Shown in pieces: positions 51,971-60,658 of a stretch of 64,000 bases of DNA. The DNA comes from a virus. Every line of letters starts with the position of its first letter. Within the stretch, counting starts at the first letter, position 1. Made by a program: the position numbers and the translations under genes. Location of the stretch: positions 41,798-105,797 of the IMG/VR virus record IMGVR_UViG_3300020048_000056. One strand, given 5' to 3'. The notes under the pieces were generated by a model. The model saw only the letters and a program-made list of their open reading frames with translations. It made no database searches and was not told the DNA's origin.

Positions 51971-52120
51971 ATGGCTAAGAACGCAGGACTTCATCACTCT
52001 GAATCATACTTAAGAAAGCGTTTGTATCTGGATAAGAAAACACCAGAGCAGATTGCCATTGAGTGTGGGGTAAGTTTACAAATCATCTATCGACAACTAA
52101 AAAAGTTTGGATTAAAATGA
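51971..52120 (+). CDS. Small HTH protein
   Basis: TPEQIAIECGVSLQIIYRQLKKFGL. Confidence 0.7.
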   Translation: MAKNAGLHHSESYLRKRLYLDKKTPEQIAIECGVSLQIIYRQLKKFGLK

Positions 52121-52323
52121 GTGATCAGGTAAATCATCCTATCCATTACACGAGTCACCCCTCTGGAATAGAGGTAATTCAAATTACTGAGCATATGAAT
52201 TTTTGTCTTGGTAATGCTATTAAATATATTCTAAGGTCTGATTTAAAAGGTAAGCAAATTGAGGACTTAAAGAAGGCTGTTTGGTATATTAATCGGGAGA
52301 TTAATCGCCTAGAACAAACCTAA
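52117..52323 (+). CDS. DUF3310 family protein
   Basis: DQVNHP.HY...GIE.I...FCLGNAIKY..R...K..EDLKKA.WY. Confidence 0.88.
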   Translation: MSDQVNHPIHYTSHPSGIEVIQITEHMNFCLGNAIKYILRSDLKGKQIEDLKKAVWYINREINRLEQT

Positions 52324-52338
52324 AATAAATAAACATCG

Positions 52339-52354
52339 TGTGATTCATTTCACA
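52339..52354. promoter_or_regulatory. CRP/GlxR-family binding site
   Basis: Exact TGTGA-TTCATT-TCACA in the intergenic region upstream of a promoter. Confidence 0.7.
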
Positions 52355-52432
52355 TTTTGCTAAAATACCTATCAATCGTGCATAATTGCTGTTATGCTAG
52401 AACCTGTTGCCGCCGCTATAGGAGGAAATAAC

Positions 52433-52981
52433 ATGACGAAAACGAAACTGGTAGGAGGAGTTATGGCTAGCATTATGGCAGTAGCATTAGTTACCGCATC
52501 TGCAAGTTCTGCTTCAACCGAACAGGTATATGCTAAGTCAAATATACCTATTGCGACGGAGGCTTTGCTAAAGCCTGTCGTTAATAAAACAAAGGCTAAA
52601 TCAAAGCCAAACAATGTCTGTAAAAGCTGGCTCGCCAAGGAATTGAAGAGTGCAGGATTTAAAGACAAGGGATTGAAGATCGCATGGTCAATTGCTATGC
52701 GTGAAAGTGGAGGAAGGGCTAACGCAATTTCTTCCACTGGAGACTACGGAGTCTTCCAGTTCAACCGCGCAGCGTGGTCAGGGCAACCTTGGTGGAATAC
52801 ACATAAGTTGCTCACACGCAAATACAATATCATGGTTGCCTACAAGATATCTCAACATGGCACAACATGGTATCCCTGGGACATAAATGGTCAAGGGAAG
52901 CACCTTAAGAGGTATACACCTAACAGTGTTTACCACAAGTACGAGGCTTGGTACAGTAAGTATCCAAGCAACTGTAAGTAA
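52433..52981 (+). CDS. Secreted lysozyme-like/SLT lytic transglycosylase
   Basis: Signal peptide (ending ASA-SSA); IAMRESGG catalytic Glu, DYGVFQFN, W.PW; AGGAGG SD. An in-frame ATG at 52394 is also possible. Confidence 0.82.
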   Translation: MTKTKLVGGVMASIMAVALVTASASSASTEQVYAKSNIPIATEALLKPVVNKTKAKSKPNNVCKSWLAKELKSAGFKDKGLKIAWSIAMRESGGRANAISSTGDYGVFQFNRAAWSGQPWWNTHKLLTRKYNIMVAYKISQHGTTWYPWDINGQGKHLKRYTPNSVYHKYEAWYSKYPSNCK

Positions 52982-53045
52982 GTAGTGAGCAGGGCAGGAA
53001 CCCTAAGTTATCTATTGGTGGCAACAATCCTGCCCTGCCACTGCT
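52981..53045 (+). ncRNA. 3' stem-loop whose loop is complementary to the 5' UTR/RBS of the upstream gene
   Basis: 18-bp stem (AGTAGTG-a-GCAGGGCAGGA / TCCTGCCCTGC-CACTGCT) with a 28-nt loop containing GGTGGCAACA. Confidence 0.6.
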
Positions 53046-53059
53046 ATAATTGGAGTCTT

Positions 53060-53584
53060 ATGAGCGAAATAGTAGATCACATTGAAGAAGTCAATAGAGT
53101 TGCATCAGAGTACATTAAGGGGTCTAATGAGTCTGAAATATCTAAGCAACTGGATATCCCACGAGCAAGAGTCTCATCTCTTCTTAGAGAGTGGAAGAGC
53201 ATGGCAAGCAATTCAGAGGCTGTCAGAGCACGAGCGCGTGAGGCTCTATCAGGAGCAGATCAACACTATTCTAAACTCATCAAGCAAGCATATGAAGTTA
53301 TCGATGAAGCAACTTTTAACAGCAACCTATCTGCAAAGACTGCTGCAATTAAACTCATCCTTGATATAGAATCTAAGCGTATTGATATGCTTCAAAAGGC
53401 GGGACTCCTAGAAAATAAGGAACTTGCAGATCAGTTACTAGAAACAGAACGTAAGCAGGAACTGTTGATGAAGGTTCTTGTTGAAGTGTCAGGGTCATGT
53501 GCGGTATGTAAGCCCAAGGTTCTTAAGCGCCTAGCAGAGGTTTCTGGTCCCAATGGAGAAGCCGTGGTTATCAATGGCGATTGA
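53060..53584 (+). CDS. terS: Terminase small subunit
   Basis: N-terminal HTH, helical body, overlaps TerL; TGCTATAAT at 53042-53050. Confidence 0.75.
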   Translation: MSEIVDHIEEVNRVASEYIKGSNESEISKQLDIPRARVSSLLREWKSMASNSEAVRARAREALSGADQHYSKLIKQAYEVIDEATFNSNLSAKTAAIKLILDIESKRIDMLQKAGLLENKELADQLLETERKQELLMKVLVEVSGSCAVCKPKVLKRLAEVSGPNGEAVVINGD

Positions 53585-55361
53585 TCTCTCTGATTTTCTT
53601 GGGGCACTTGATGATTCCCCATTTGAAGAAGTTCCCGTAGACTTAGATACCTTTCTTCATGATGTGAACTACCTAGATCAGCCAGAACTGTCACAGATTC
53701 AGCGTGACCTTGTAGAGGCTATGAGTCAGATCTATAAAGAAGAAGATCTGATTAGATTCATGGGCGATAAAGAAGGCCATGATCACTACAAGAAGTATAC
53801 TAAGGCAGAGGTTATCCTCCAGTTGGGCAAGGGATCAGGTAAGGATCATACCTCTACCATTGGTTGCGCTTACCTAGTATACAAACTCTTATGTCTAAAA
53901 GACCCTGCACGCTACTTTGGTAAGCCTCCTGGTGACGCTATTGATATTATTAACGTTGCAATCAATGCACAGCAGGCAAAGAACGTCTTCTTCAAGGGAT
54001 TTAAGAATAAGATTACTCGCTCTCCTTGGTTTGCAGGGAAGTTTGATGCAAAGGCAGATAGTATTGAGTTTGATAAGGCTATAACCGTTTACTCAGGTCA
54101 CTCAGAACGAGAGAGTCATGAGGGACTTAACCTTATTCTAGCAATCCTTGATGAGATCTCAGGATTTGCCCAAGACTCTGCATCTGGAAATGAAGGTGCT
54201 AAGACTGGTGATGCTATCTACAAGGCATTCCGCGCCTCTGTAGATTCACGATTCCCAGACTTTGGCAAGGTCGTCCTTCTTTCATTCCCCCGTTATCCAG
54301 GAGACTTTATCTCCAAGCGTTATGACGAGGTTGTTGCTGAAAAGGATATTGAGCAGAAGTCTCATACATTTATTATTAATCCAGATCTTCCTGATACTGG
54401 AGTAGACAATCAGTTCACTATTGAGTGGACTGAGGATCACATCTTGTCTTATAAATATCCTGGGGTATATGCAATTAAGCGTCCTACATGGGAAGCAAAT
54501 CCTACACGATCTATTGAAGACTTTAAGATTTCATTCATGTCAGATTATGGAGATGCCATGCAGAGATTTGCTTGTATGCCATCCTTCATGTCAGATGCAT
54601 TCTTTAAGCAAAAGGATAAACTAGAACATGCTATGCGTTCAAGGAATCCTGTAGATAACTTCAAGAGACTTGATGAATCATTTAAGCCATTACCAGATGT
54701 TCGATACTACATGCACGCTGACCTTGCCCAAAAGCATGATAAGTGTGCCATTGCCATAGCCCACGTTGACAAGTGGGTACAAGTAAGAACATTTAACGAC
54801 TATACTCAGATACATCCATTAGTAATTGTTGATGCAATTATTTGGTGGGAGCCACATAAGGAAGGACCAGTAGATCTTTCAGAAGTAAAGAACTGGATCG
54901 TCAACTTCCGTAGGGATGGATTTAAGATTGGTCTATGCACCTTTGACCGTTGGAATTCATTTGACATTCAGCAGGAACTTAAGAGTGTAAATATTCCCAC
55001 AGACACACTCTCTGTAGCAAAGAAGCATTATGAGGATCTTGCAATGCTTATCTATGAAGATCGCGTCATCATGCCCCACATTGATATTCTTCTTGAAGAG
55101 ATGAGTCAATTGCGTATTGTGTCTGACAAGAAGGTCGATCATCCTCGTAAAGGATCTAAGGATCTCTCAGATGCCGTGACGGGTGCCGTCTATAACGCTA
55201 TTGCTCACACTCCTCGCAATGCTAATCAAGAGATTAGTATCCATGACTGGACTTCTGTTACTAAGAAGAATGAAGCAGAAGAATCATTAAACAATATCAT
55301 AAAGTATCCAGAAATGCCAAGGGACATAAAAGACTTCCTTGACTCATTCACCGTTCTTTGA
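53574..55361 (+). CDS. terL: Terminase large subunit
   Basis: LGKGSGKD Walker A, ILDEISGF Walker B, HADLA..HD, FDRWNS, VDHP...SKD..DA. Confidence 0.93.
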   Translation: MAIDLSDFLGALDDSPFEEVPVDLDTFLHDVNYLDQPELSQIQRDLVEAMSQIYKEEDLIRFMGDKEGHDHYKKYTKAEVILQLGKGSGKDHTSTIGCAYLVYKLLCLKDPARYFGKPPGDAIDIINVAINAQQAKNVFFKGFKNKITRSPWFAGKFDAKADSIEFDKAITVYSGHSERESHEGLNLILAILDEISGFAQDSASGNEGAKTGDAIYKAFRASVDSRFPDFGKVVLLSFPRYPGDFISKRYDEVVAEKDIEQKSHTFIINPDLPDTGVDNQFTIEWTEDHILSYKYPGVYAIKRPTWEANPTRSIEDFKISFMSDYGDAMQRFACMPSFMSDAFFKQKDKLEHAMRSRNPVDNFKRLDESFKPLPDVRYYMHADLAQKHDKCAIAIAHVDKWVQVRTFNDYTQIHPLVIVDAIIWWEPHKEGPVDLSEVKNWIVNFRRDGFKIGLCTFDRWNSFDIQQELKSVNIPTDTLSVAKKHYEDLAMLIYEDRVIMPHIDILLEEMSQLRIVSDKKVDHPRKGSKDLSDAVTGAVYNAIAHTPRNANQEISIHDWTSVTKKNEAEESLNNIIKYPEMPRDIKDFLDSFTVL

Positions 55362-55388
55362 TAAACTTATACCTATGAGGGAGACACT

Positions 55389-55571
55389 ATGAACACCGCT
55401 TTTCTTATATGCACTCTTGTAATATTCGTAGTAAATATCTTAATTAGCCTAAGAATGCTTTTTTATGTTGCTCATAATGAAACTGTATTTTTTATGACAG
55501 CAATAGGTATTTATATATTCGTGTTGCTAACAATGATAAGTTGGATTATACTGATACAAATATCTCCGTAA
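55389..55571 (+). CDS. Small two-TM membrane protein
   Basis: Two hydrophobic helices; GGGAG SD. Confidence 0.55.
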   Translation: MNTAFLICTLVIFVVNILISLRMLFYVAHNETVFFMTAIGIYIFVLLTMISWIILIQISP

Positions 55572-55579
55572 GGAGACAA

Positions 55580-55653
55580 GCGCTACGGCTGGCTGGTGGT
55601 CAGATGGTGTCTTATATACATCCTAGAGTTGGGTCCAATTCCCAAGTGGCGTA
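55580..55653 (+). tRNA. tRNA-Ile (anticodon TAT)
   Basis: Acceptor GCGCTAC/GTGGCGT; anticodon arm GGTGT-CTTATAT-ACATC; T arm TTGGG-TCCAATT-CCCAA. Confidence 0.8.
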
Positions 55654-55689
55654 CAAATAGTATATAATTATCTAAAAGGAGTTGGTCGT

Positions 55690-55890
55690 ATGCCTTGGAA
55701 TATTCAAAGAGCAGGATCTAAGTACGAAGTTGTAAATAGTGAAACAGGGAGAGTCGTAGGGACTCATCCATCAAGGGCTAATGCCCAAGAACAACTTGCA
55801 GCACTAAACGCTAACGTACATGAGTCTGATAAGGCAGCGCAGCCTGTACGAAGCACTTGGCAAGGACAGTTTTTCCCAAGAAGGGGGTAG
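55690..55890 (+). CDS. Small protein with C-terminal STWQGQF motif (probable head-internal protein)
   Basis: MPW.I......Y.VV...TG.VVG.H.S...A..QL.AL.AN domain; AGGAG SD. Confidence 0.75.
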   Translation: MPWNIQRAGSKYEVVNSETGRVVGTHPSRANAQEQLAALNANVHESDKAAQPVRSTWQGQFFPRRG

Positions 55891-55892
55891 AC

Positions 55893-56201
55893 ATGATAAT
55901 ACTTTTAGTAGTCCCTTGGGTGCTAACAGTTCTAGCCTTAATGTTCATTATTATTAAGTCACGATCAAACGATGAGGATGATGAAGATATGGAAGATTCA
56001 GAACATACTACCATTAAGGTTGCCGTATATGAAGAGAAAGCCTATTGGGTGTATCAAAATACTTTCTATGAATCAGAGATAACTAGAGAGCCAGACTTTA
56101 CAACAGCCAAAGTAATTGATATAATGGAAATGTCAACGAAACAGTTAGACGAACTGTTCACTATTTTAGATGAACTTGAAGAGGAAATCGAAAGGGATTA
56201 A
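55893..56201 (+). CDS. Membrane-anchored hypothetical protein
   Basis: N-terminal TM helix followed by an acidic domain. Confidence 0.65.
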   Translation: MIILLVVPWVLTVLALMFIIIKSRSNDEDDEDMEDSEHTTIKVAVYEEKAYWVYQNTFYESEITREPDFTTAKVIDIMEMSTKQLDELFTILDELEEEIERD

Positions 56202-56202
56202 G

Positions 56203-56547
56203 ATGAAGGTTGCAGTACAAGGAACCAAAGAGTTTTCTAACTACCAAGTATTCATGCGTGCAATGGGCGTAGCGCTTTCCTCATGTGATGATGGAGAGTT
56301 TAACGTCTATACTGCTGGACCAGCACAGATTAACTCATATACTTCTGAGTTCTGTAATCTTTCAGAAGTTGGCCTAAAGAATCGTGGTATCAAGGTTCGC
56401 TTCTACAAGGTTCCTCCATCTTATATTGAAGATAATATTTCAGACTTTACCTACTTTGCCTTTCTCTCTAATCCATCACAGCGACCGTCGAAGTTGGTTA
56501 CCGTTGCTGAAGCAAATGGAATTGAGACTGGCCTATTTAGATACTAG
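56203..56547 (+). CDS. SLOG/YspA-like protein (tentative)
   Basis: MKVAVQGTKEFSNY resembles the YspA-type start 'xxxxxGSRxFxDY'. Confidence 0.5.
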   Translation: MKVAVQGTKEFSNYQVFMRAMGVALSSCDDGEFNVYTAGPAQINSYTSEFCNLSEVGLKNRGIKVRFYKVPPSYIEDNISDFTYFAFLSNPSQRPSKLVTVAEANGIETGLFRY

Positions 56548-56552
56548 GGGAT

Positions 56553-56915
56553 ATGGTGCTTAGCAATACAGCCAAGGCATATCTTAGTGTTGCCAGATAT
56601 TGTGCAACAAAGTCTACAGCCAGAAATACTCATGGTGCTGTAGTTGTACGCGGTGGTAGCGTACTTGGAACAGGTTACAATAAGGATCGTAACCATCCAC
56701 GATTGGTTTCTCCTGAGCATATTAAAACAGATTGCAGCACTCATGCTGAGCAAGTTGCAATTCGTGATGCTGGGGAGGATAATGTAAAGGGTGCAATTAT
56801 TTATGTTGCACGAGTAAACCGTGAAGGTAAAGATAGAGATAGTAAGCCTTGTTCCCGCTGTAGTGCTCTTATTGAGCGAGTTGGAATCAAGCGTGTTGTC
56901 TTTACATCTCAATAG
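56553..56915 (+). CDS. dCMP/cytidine deaminase
   Basis: HGAVVV..G.N, HAEQVAI, PCSRC. Confidence 0.88.
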   Translation: MVLSNTAKAYLSVARYCATKSTARNTHGAVVVRGGSVLGTGYNKDRNHPRLVSPEHIKTDCSTHAEQVAIRDAGEDNVKGAIIYVARVNREGKDRDSKPCSRCSALIERVGIKRVVFTSQ

Positions 56916-56925
56916 GAGAATGAAA

Positions 56926-57156
56926 ATGCTAGTAGTTAATCAGGACGAAATGGAACAGATTATTCAATCCCGTGAGGATCTTGAGTGGGATGGATGGGAT
57001 GTCGTCAAGTATACGAATAGTAGCAATGCCATTTATGCTAGTGATGGAGTATTCCATCAGGGTAGATGGGTAAGGAAAAAGGTCTTCCCTATCACTCCAG
57101 AGGGATGGTATCTTCCAAATACGATAGGGAGAATCCATGCACGGGTGGAAGGATAA
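56926..57156 (+). CDS. Hypothetical protein
   Basis: AGGAG SD; L.WDGWDVV motif. Confidence 0.65.
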   Translation: MLVVNQDEMEQIIQSREDLEWDGWDVVKYTNSSNAIYASDGVFHQGRWVRKKVFPITPEGWYLPNTIGRIHARVEG

Positions 57157-57418
57157 AGGAGAATGTCTAGGAATGGACACAGGCTTATTCTTTGATACAT
57201 ATGAAGAAGAACCTAATGTCGCAAAGGCTGTAGATCACATTTGTCAGAGATGTCCTGTAAACCAAGAATGCTTTGCTTGGGGGATATCCAAGAAAGAATG
57301 GGGAGTCTGGGGCGGCGTTTACCTTAAAGATGGTAAAATTGATAAAGAGTTCAACGCTCATAAAACCAAGGATGATTGGTATACTGCGTGGGAGTCATTA
57401 ACAATGGAGAAAGAATGA
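57137..57418 (+). CDS. whiB: WhiB-family Fe-S transcription factor
   Basis: C...FF...C..CPV..EC...GVWGG. Confidence 0.92.
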   Translation: MHGWKDKGECLGMDTGLFFDTYEEEPNVAKAVDHICQRCPVNQECFAWGISKKEWGVWGGVYLKDGKIDKEFNAHKTKDDWYTAWESLTMEKE

Positions 57419-57669
57419 TATACACACCAGATGTAAGTTCAGCCATTAGGAGTATTCCTATGCCTGTAGAAATGTCAGTAGATATTGCTGACTATGGAAA
57501 CTATCTGGGTATCAGGTTCTACGAAAGTGAGTGGAAACATCTTTCAGAGGGGGAACGATTAAAAATGATTAGATATTTTCAAGAAATAAAGGCTATGCTT
57601 AGCCTTGGTGGAGTAGATTCTACTTTAGATCCAATCTATGATCAGATAGGAGTGCAGAAACTAGGATGA
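57415..57669 (+). CDS. Hypothetical protein
   Basis: ATGA coupling. Confidence 0.6.
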   Translation: MIYTPDVSSAIRSIPMPVEMSVDIADYGNYLGIRFYESEWKHLSEGERLKMIRYFQEIKAMLSLGGVDSTLDPIYDQIGVQKLG

Positions 57670-58706
57670 GCATCTTTATCTCTATTGCCTCTTATCGTGA
57701 TCAGGAATTAGTGAAGACTCTAAGTAGTATAATTAATAATGCTGATAACCCGCAAGATCTTTCATTTGGTGTAGTAGATCAAAATGAAAGAAATAAATGG
57801 GTAGACCTATCCTCTATTCCAAATCTAAAGCATATGAAAGTTCACTTTAAAGATGCTAAGGGTGCGGGGTATGCAAGGAAACTAGCAACAGAATTATATG
57901 ATGGAGAAGACTTCTTCTTTCAAACAGATTCTCATATGAGATTTGCTAAGGGGTGGGATACTAAACTAATCGAAATGTACGATTGGTGTAGTAAAGATGC
58001 TGGAACGGATAAAGTCATCCTTAGCCAGTTCCCAGCCCCCTTTGAAGTCCTCACAGACAACTCAGATTATTATTTAAAAAATGATAAGTATTTCTGGGAT
58101 GGTCCTTCATGGACAAGCGTTGTGAATACACACTATGGTGCTTGGGCAGGCAATAGAGAAAAGATTGCAGATATGTCTATGCCTCATAAATCCCATACCG
58201 TCTTGGGAGCCTTAATGTTCTCTCGTGGACAGATTGCACTTGACATTCCCTATGACGAGCGTATATCATTTATGGGAGAAGAGTTATGTTATGCTATTCG
58301 TGCTTACACGAGGGGATACAAGATGTATGCTCCTAATGAAATGCTAGCATGGCATTTCTATAAGCGAACTAATCGACCTAAAGTTTGGGGAGATAAGAAA
58401 ATAGAATGGTTTAATATTGAGAAATATTCCAAGGAAACACAAAAAAGTGTTCTTCTTGGAGAGGACAATGGTATTTATGGTATTGGAGATTATGAAAAGT
58501 ATCTAGAGTATCAGAAAATGATCGGCATTAATTTTAAAGAATTTTATTCAGTTGAACCAGAGCAAAGAATAGATTTAGATTTTGTATCAGAAGAATTATC
58601 TTTTAATTTTGATGAACCAGAATTGCAGTCTGGCCACTGTCTAGCAAACCAGCACAAGACTTGCCGTGTAGACGCATGTGCATGTAAATGTCACGAGGAG
58701 GAATAA
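57666..58706 (+). CDS. GlcNAc-transferase (GT60/Skp1-type) glycosyltransferase
   Basis: IFISIASYRD.EL, KGAGYAR, QTDSHMRF..GWD, F.GEE...AIRAYT.G, WHFY.R. Confidence 0.85.
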   Translation: MSIFISIASYRDQELVKTLSSIINNADNPQDLSFGVVDQNERNKWVDLSSIPNLKHMKVHFKDAKGAGYARKLATELYDGEDFFFQTDSHMRFAKGWDTKLIEMYDWCSKDAGTDKVILSQFPAPFEVLTDNSDYYLKNDKYFWDGPSWTSVVNTHYGAWAGNREKIADMSMPHKSHTVLGALMFSRGQIALDIPYDERISFMGEELCYAIRAYTRGYKMYAPNEMLAWHFYKRTNRPKVWGDKKIEWFNIEKYSKETQKSVLLGEDNGIYGIGDYEKYLEYQKMIGINFKEFYSVEPEQRIDLDFVSEELSFNFDEPELQSGHCLANQHKTCRVDACACKCHEEE

Positions 58707-58876
58707 TGTCAGAAAAAGATGAAAAGATTCTACGAGATCTAACAATCGCTTCCGCAGCAGTTCGTAAAGGTCTAGGTGGGAAAACTGGAGATGGTGCTGA
58801 GAAGACATACGGTATTGCCTATGCTAAGGCTGTACAAGCAGGACTGAAGCCAAGATTGAAGAAGCGGTATCGGTGA
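58706..58876 (+). CDS. Small basic protein
   Basis: GAGGAGG SD; ends PRLKKRYR. Confidence 0.65.
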   Translation: MSEKDEKILRDLTIASAAVRKGLGGKTGDGAEKTYGIAYAKAVQAGLKPRLKKRYR

Positions 58877-59502
58877 CCCAACAAATCGTTATACCTTGGA
58901 GAGATATAGATTGTGTATATCGTAGAAAGCATTTTGACTTTCTTGTAGAGTATTATTCTCAAGAATTTGATATTATTCTGGGGGATAATGAAGGGGATTT
59001 CAATCGTTCTGCTGCAAGAAATACTGGAGTAAGTGAAAGCACCTCAGAGGTTGTAGTAATCTTAGATGCAGATAACTATGTTCCATTACAACAAATTCAC
59101 TCAGCAATTAACTTAGCAACAGAAAAAGATATCCTTGCAAAGCCATTCACTTGGTTTGGATATCTTACAGAAGACTCTACAGATAAGTTTTATGAGTTCT
59201 ATGGAATTATAGATGTAGAGCCAGAATTCCTAAACCCACAGCAACAAAACTTTACTGGAGGGGTTTACGTTATGAAGAAATCTCTTTGGCAAGAGATTGG
59301 TGGCATGGACGAGGGATTTATTGGTTGGGGTGCAGAAGATGATGCATTCCACTTACATTGTAAGAATAAGGGAATTAAGACAGAATATGTAGAAGGATAT
59401 GATTACCATTTATATCATCCTGCATATAGAGTAACATCAGATTTTAATTATAAAAAACTAATGAAGGAGTACGCTCATGGGGACAAGTCATCCAGAAAGT
59501 AG
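58873..59502 (+). CDS. Glycosyltransferase (GT2/GT7 galactosyltransferase-like)
   Basis: IVIPWR, FNRSAARN.G, LDAD, GGMDEGFIGWGAEDD, HLYH. Confidence 0.85.
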   Translation: MTQQIVIPWRDIDCVYRRKHFDFLVEYYSQEFDIILGDNEGDFNRSAARNTGVSESTSEVVVILDADNYVPLQQIHSAINLATEKDILAKPFTWFGYLTEDSTDKFYEFYGIIDVEPEFLNPQQQNFTGGVYVMKKSLWQEIGGMDEGFIGWGAEDDAFHLHCKNKGIKTEYVEGYDYHLYHPAYRVTSDFNYKKLMKEYAHGDKSSRK

Positions 59503-59989
59503 ACCTTGGATTTTAGAAAAGATTAATGAGGCAGGAATCCAAAGCATTCTTGATGTTGGTGCTGGCTCAGGGACTTATTCAGATGCATTTTCTGAAGCAG
59601 GAATGTCATTTGAGATTCTTAATGCTATTGAAGTTTGGCAACCATATATTGAAGAGTTCAAACTAAAGAACAAATATAATTTTGTCTATGAGGGGGATGT
59701 AAGGGATCACGATCATTTCTTCTATGACCTAATCATCTTTGGAGATATCCTAGAGCACATGTCAGTGAGTGACGCCCTAGAGGTATGGAACAAGGTTAGC
59801 AAGCAAGCAGACTATGCTGTAATCTCTATTCCAATTATTCATTATCATCAAGGCGAAATTAACGGTAATCCTTACGAGAGACACGTTAAGGATGACTGGT
59901 CACATGAAGAAGTATTGCTAACATTTCCTGGAATTGTGGACTGTTGGCAAGGAGAAGTTGTCGGTGCGTACTGGGCTAAATTTCGATAA
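59477..59989 (+). CDS. Class I SAM-dependent methyltransferase
   Basis: ILDVGAGSG, YDLIIFGDILEHM. Confidence 0.88.
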   Translation: MGTSHPESRPWILEKINEAGIQSILDVGAGSGTYSDAFSEAGMSFEILNAIEVWQPYIEEFKLKNKYNFVYEGDVRDHDHFFYDLIIFGDILEHMSVSDALEVWNKVSKQADYAVISIPIIHYHQGEINGNPYERHVKDDWSHEEVLLTFPGIVDCWQGEVVGAYWAKFR

Positions 59990-60006
59990 GGTGGTATAAT
60001 TTTTCT

Positions 60007-60447
60007 ATGAATAGTGAATTAGTCAGTGCTCTCAAGGTAGTCCTTGCAGATCACTACGCAGTATATTTTAAGGCTCAGGGATATCACTGGAATGTCGAAG
60101 GTGTTGACTTTGCAGAATATCATGGGCTCTTTGCAAATGTATACGATGATTCTTTGGGGGCAGTCGATTCAATTGCGGAGAATATTCGCAAACTCCAATC
60201 TTATGCTCCATTCAAGATGACTCGTTTTTCTGAACTTACAACAGTTGCAGAAACTGAGGTAGGCCCAGATGTTAAGTCAATGACCGCAGATTTACTTATT
60301 GCTGTTGAGACTAGCATTCGATCTACCAATGCCGCTTTTGCTCTCGCAAACGGTATGGCCATGGAACCAGGTATCGCTAACGATCTTGCTGCGCGTGATG
60401 GATGCTTGAAGAAGTGGGCATGGCAACTACGAGCATCACTCTCATAG
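60007..60447 (+). CDS. dps: Dps/ferritin-like protein
   Basis: YHWNV.G..F..YH..F...Y...D.IAE.IR; KWAWQLRAS; leaderless TGGTATAAT at 59992-60000. Confidence 0.88.
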   Translation: MNSELVSALKVVLADHYAVYFKAQGYHWNVEGVDFAEYHGLFANVYDDSLGAVDSIAENIRKLQSYAPFKMTRFSELTTVAETEVGPDVKSMTADLLIAVETSIRSTNAAFALANGMAMEPGIANDLAARDGCLKKWAWQLRASLS

Positions 60448-60451
60448 ACTG

Positions 60452-60658
60452 ATGTACGTTGCTAAGTTTTCTAGGATAGGTATTCTTTGGGATGTCAAGA
60501 TTTTCGATAAGTCTTGGTCCAATGAAATGCTTTCTCATGAAATTAAGGAACTAGACTCTAAAAGATTCTTATTCCATTCCAGCGGGTATCGTTGGATAAA
60601 CAAGCAGGTAGTTAAACAACTATTTATACAACACAAGATGGAGATTATTAATGGATGA
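60452..60658 (+). CDS. Hypothetical protein
   Basis: ORF within the operon. Confidence 0.5.
   Translation: MYVAKFSRIGILWDVKIFDKSWSNEMLSHEIKELDSKRFLFHSSGYRWINKQVVKQLFIQHKMEIING

Noticed and set aside
52324-52432. c-di-AMP (ydaO) riboswitch upstream of the muralytic gene
   Set aside because: The leader is too short and lacks recognisable ydaO motifs.
7286-55361. Inteins or introns in nrdJ, dnaB, dnaE, recA or terL
   Set aside because: Lengths are normal, catalytic motifs are contiguous, and no splice-junction or homing-endonuclease motifs were seen.
53060-55361. Terminase genes about 38 kb away from the portal gene
   Set aside because: Separation of terminase from the head module is already known in large actinophages of this architecture.
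55375-55392. Leaderless mini-ORF MRETL* before the membrane protein
   Set aside because: It is only five codons and is adequately explained as the SD region of the 55389 gene.
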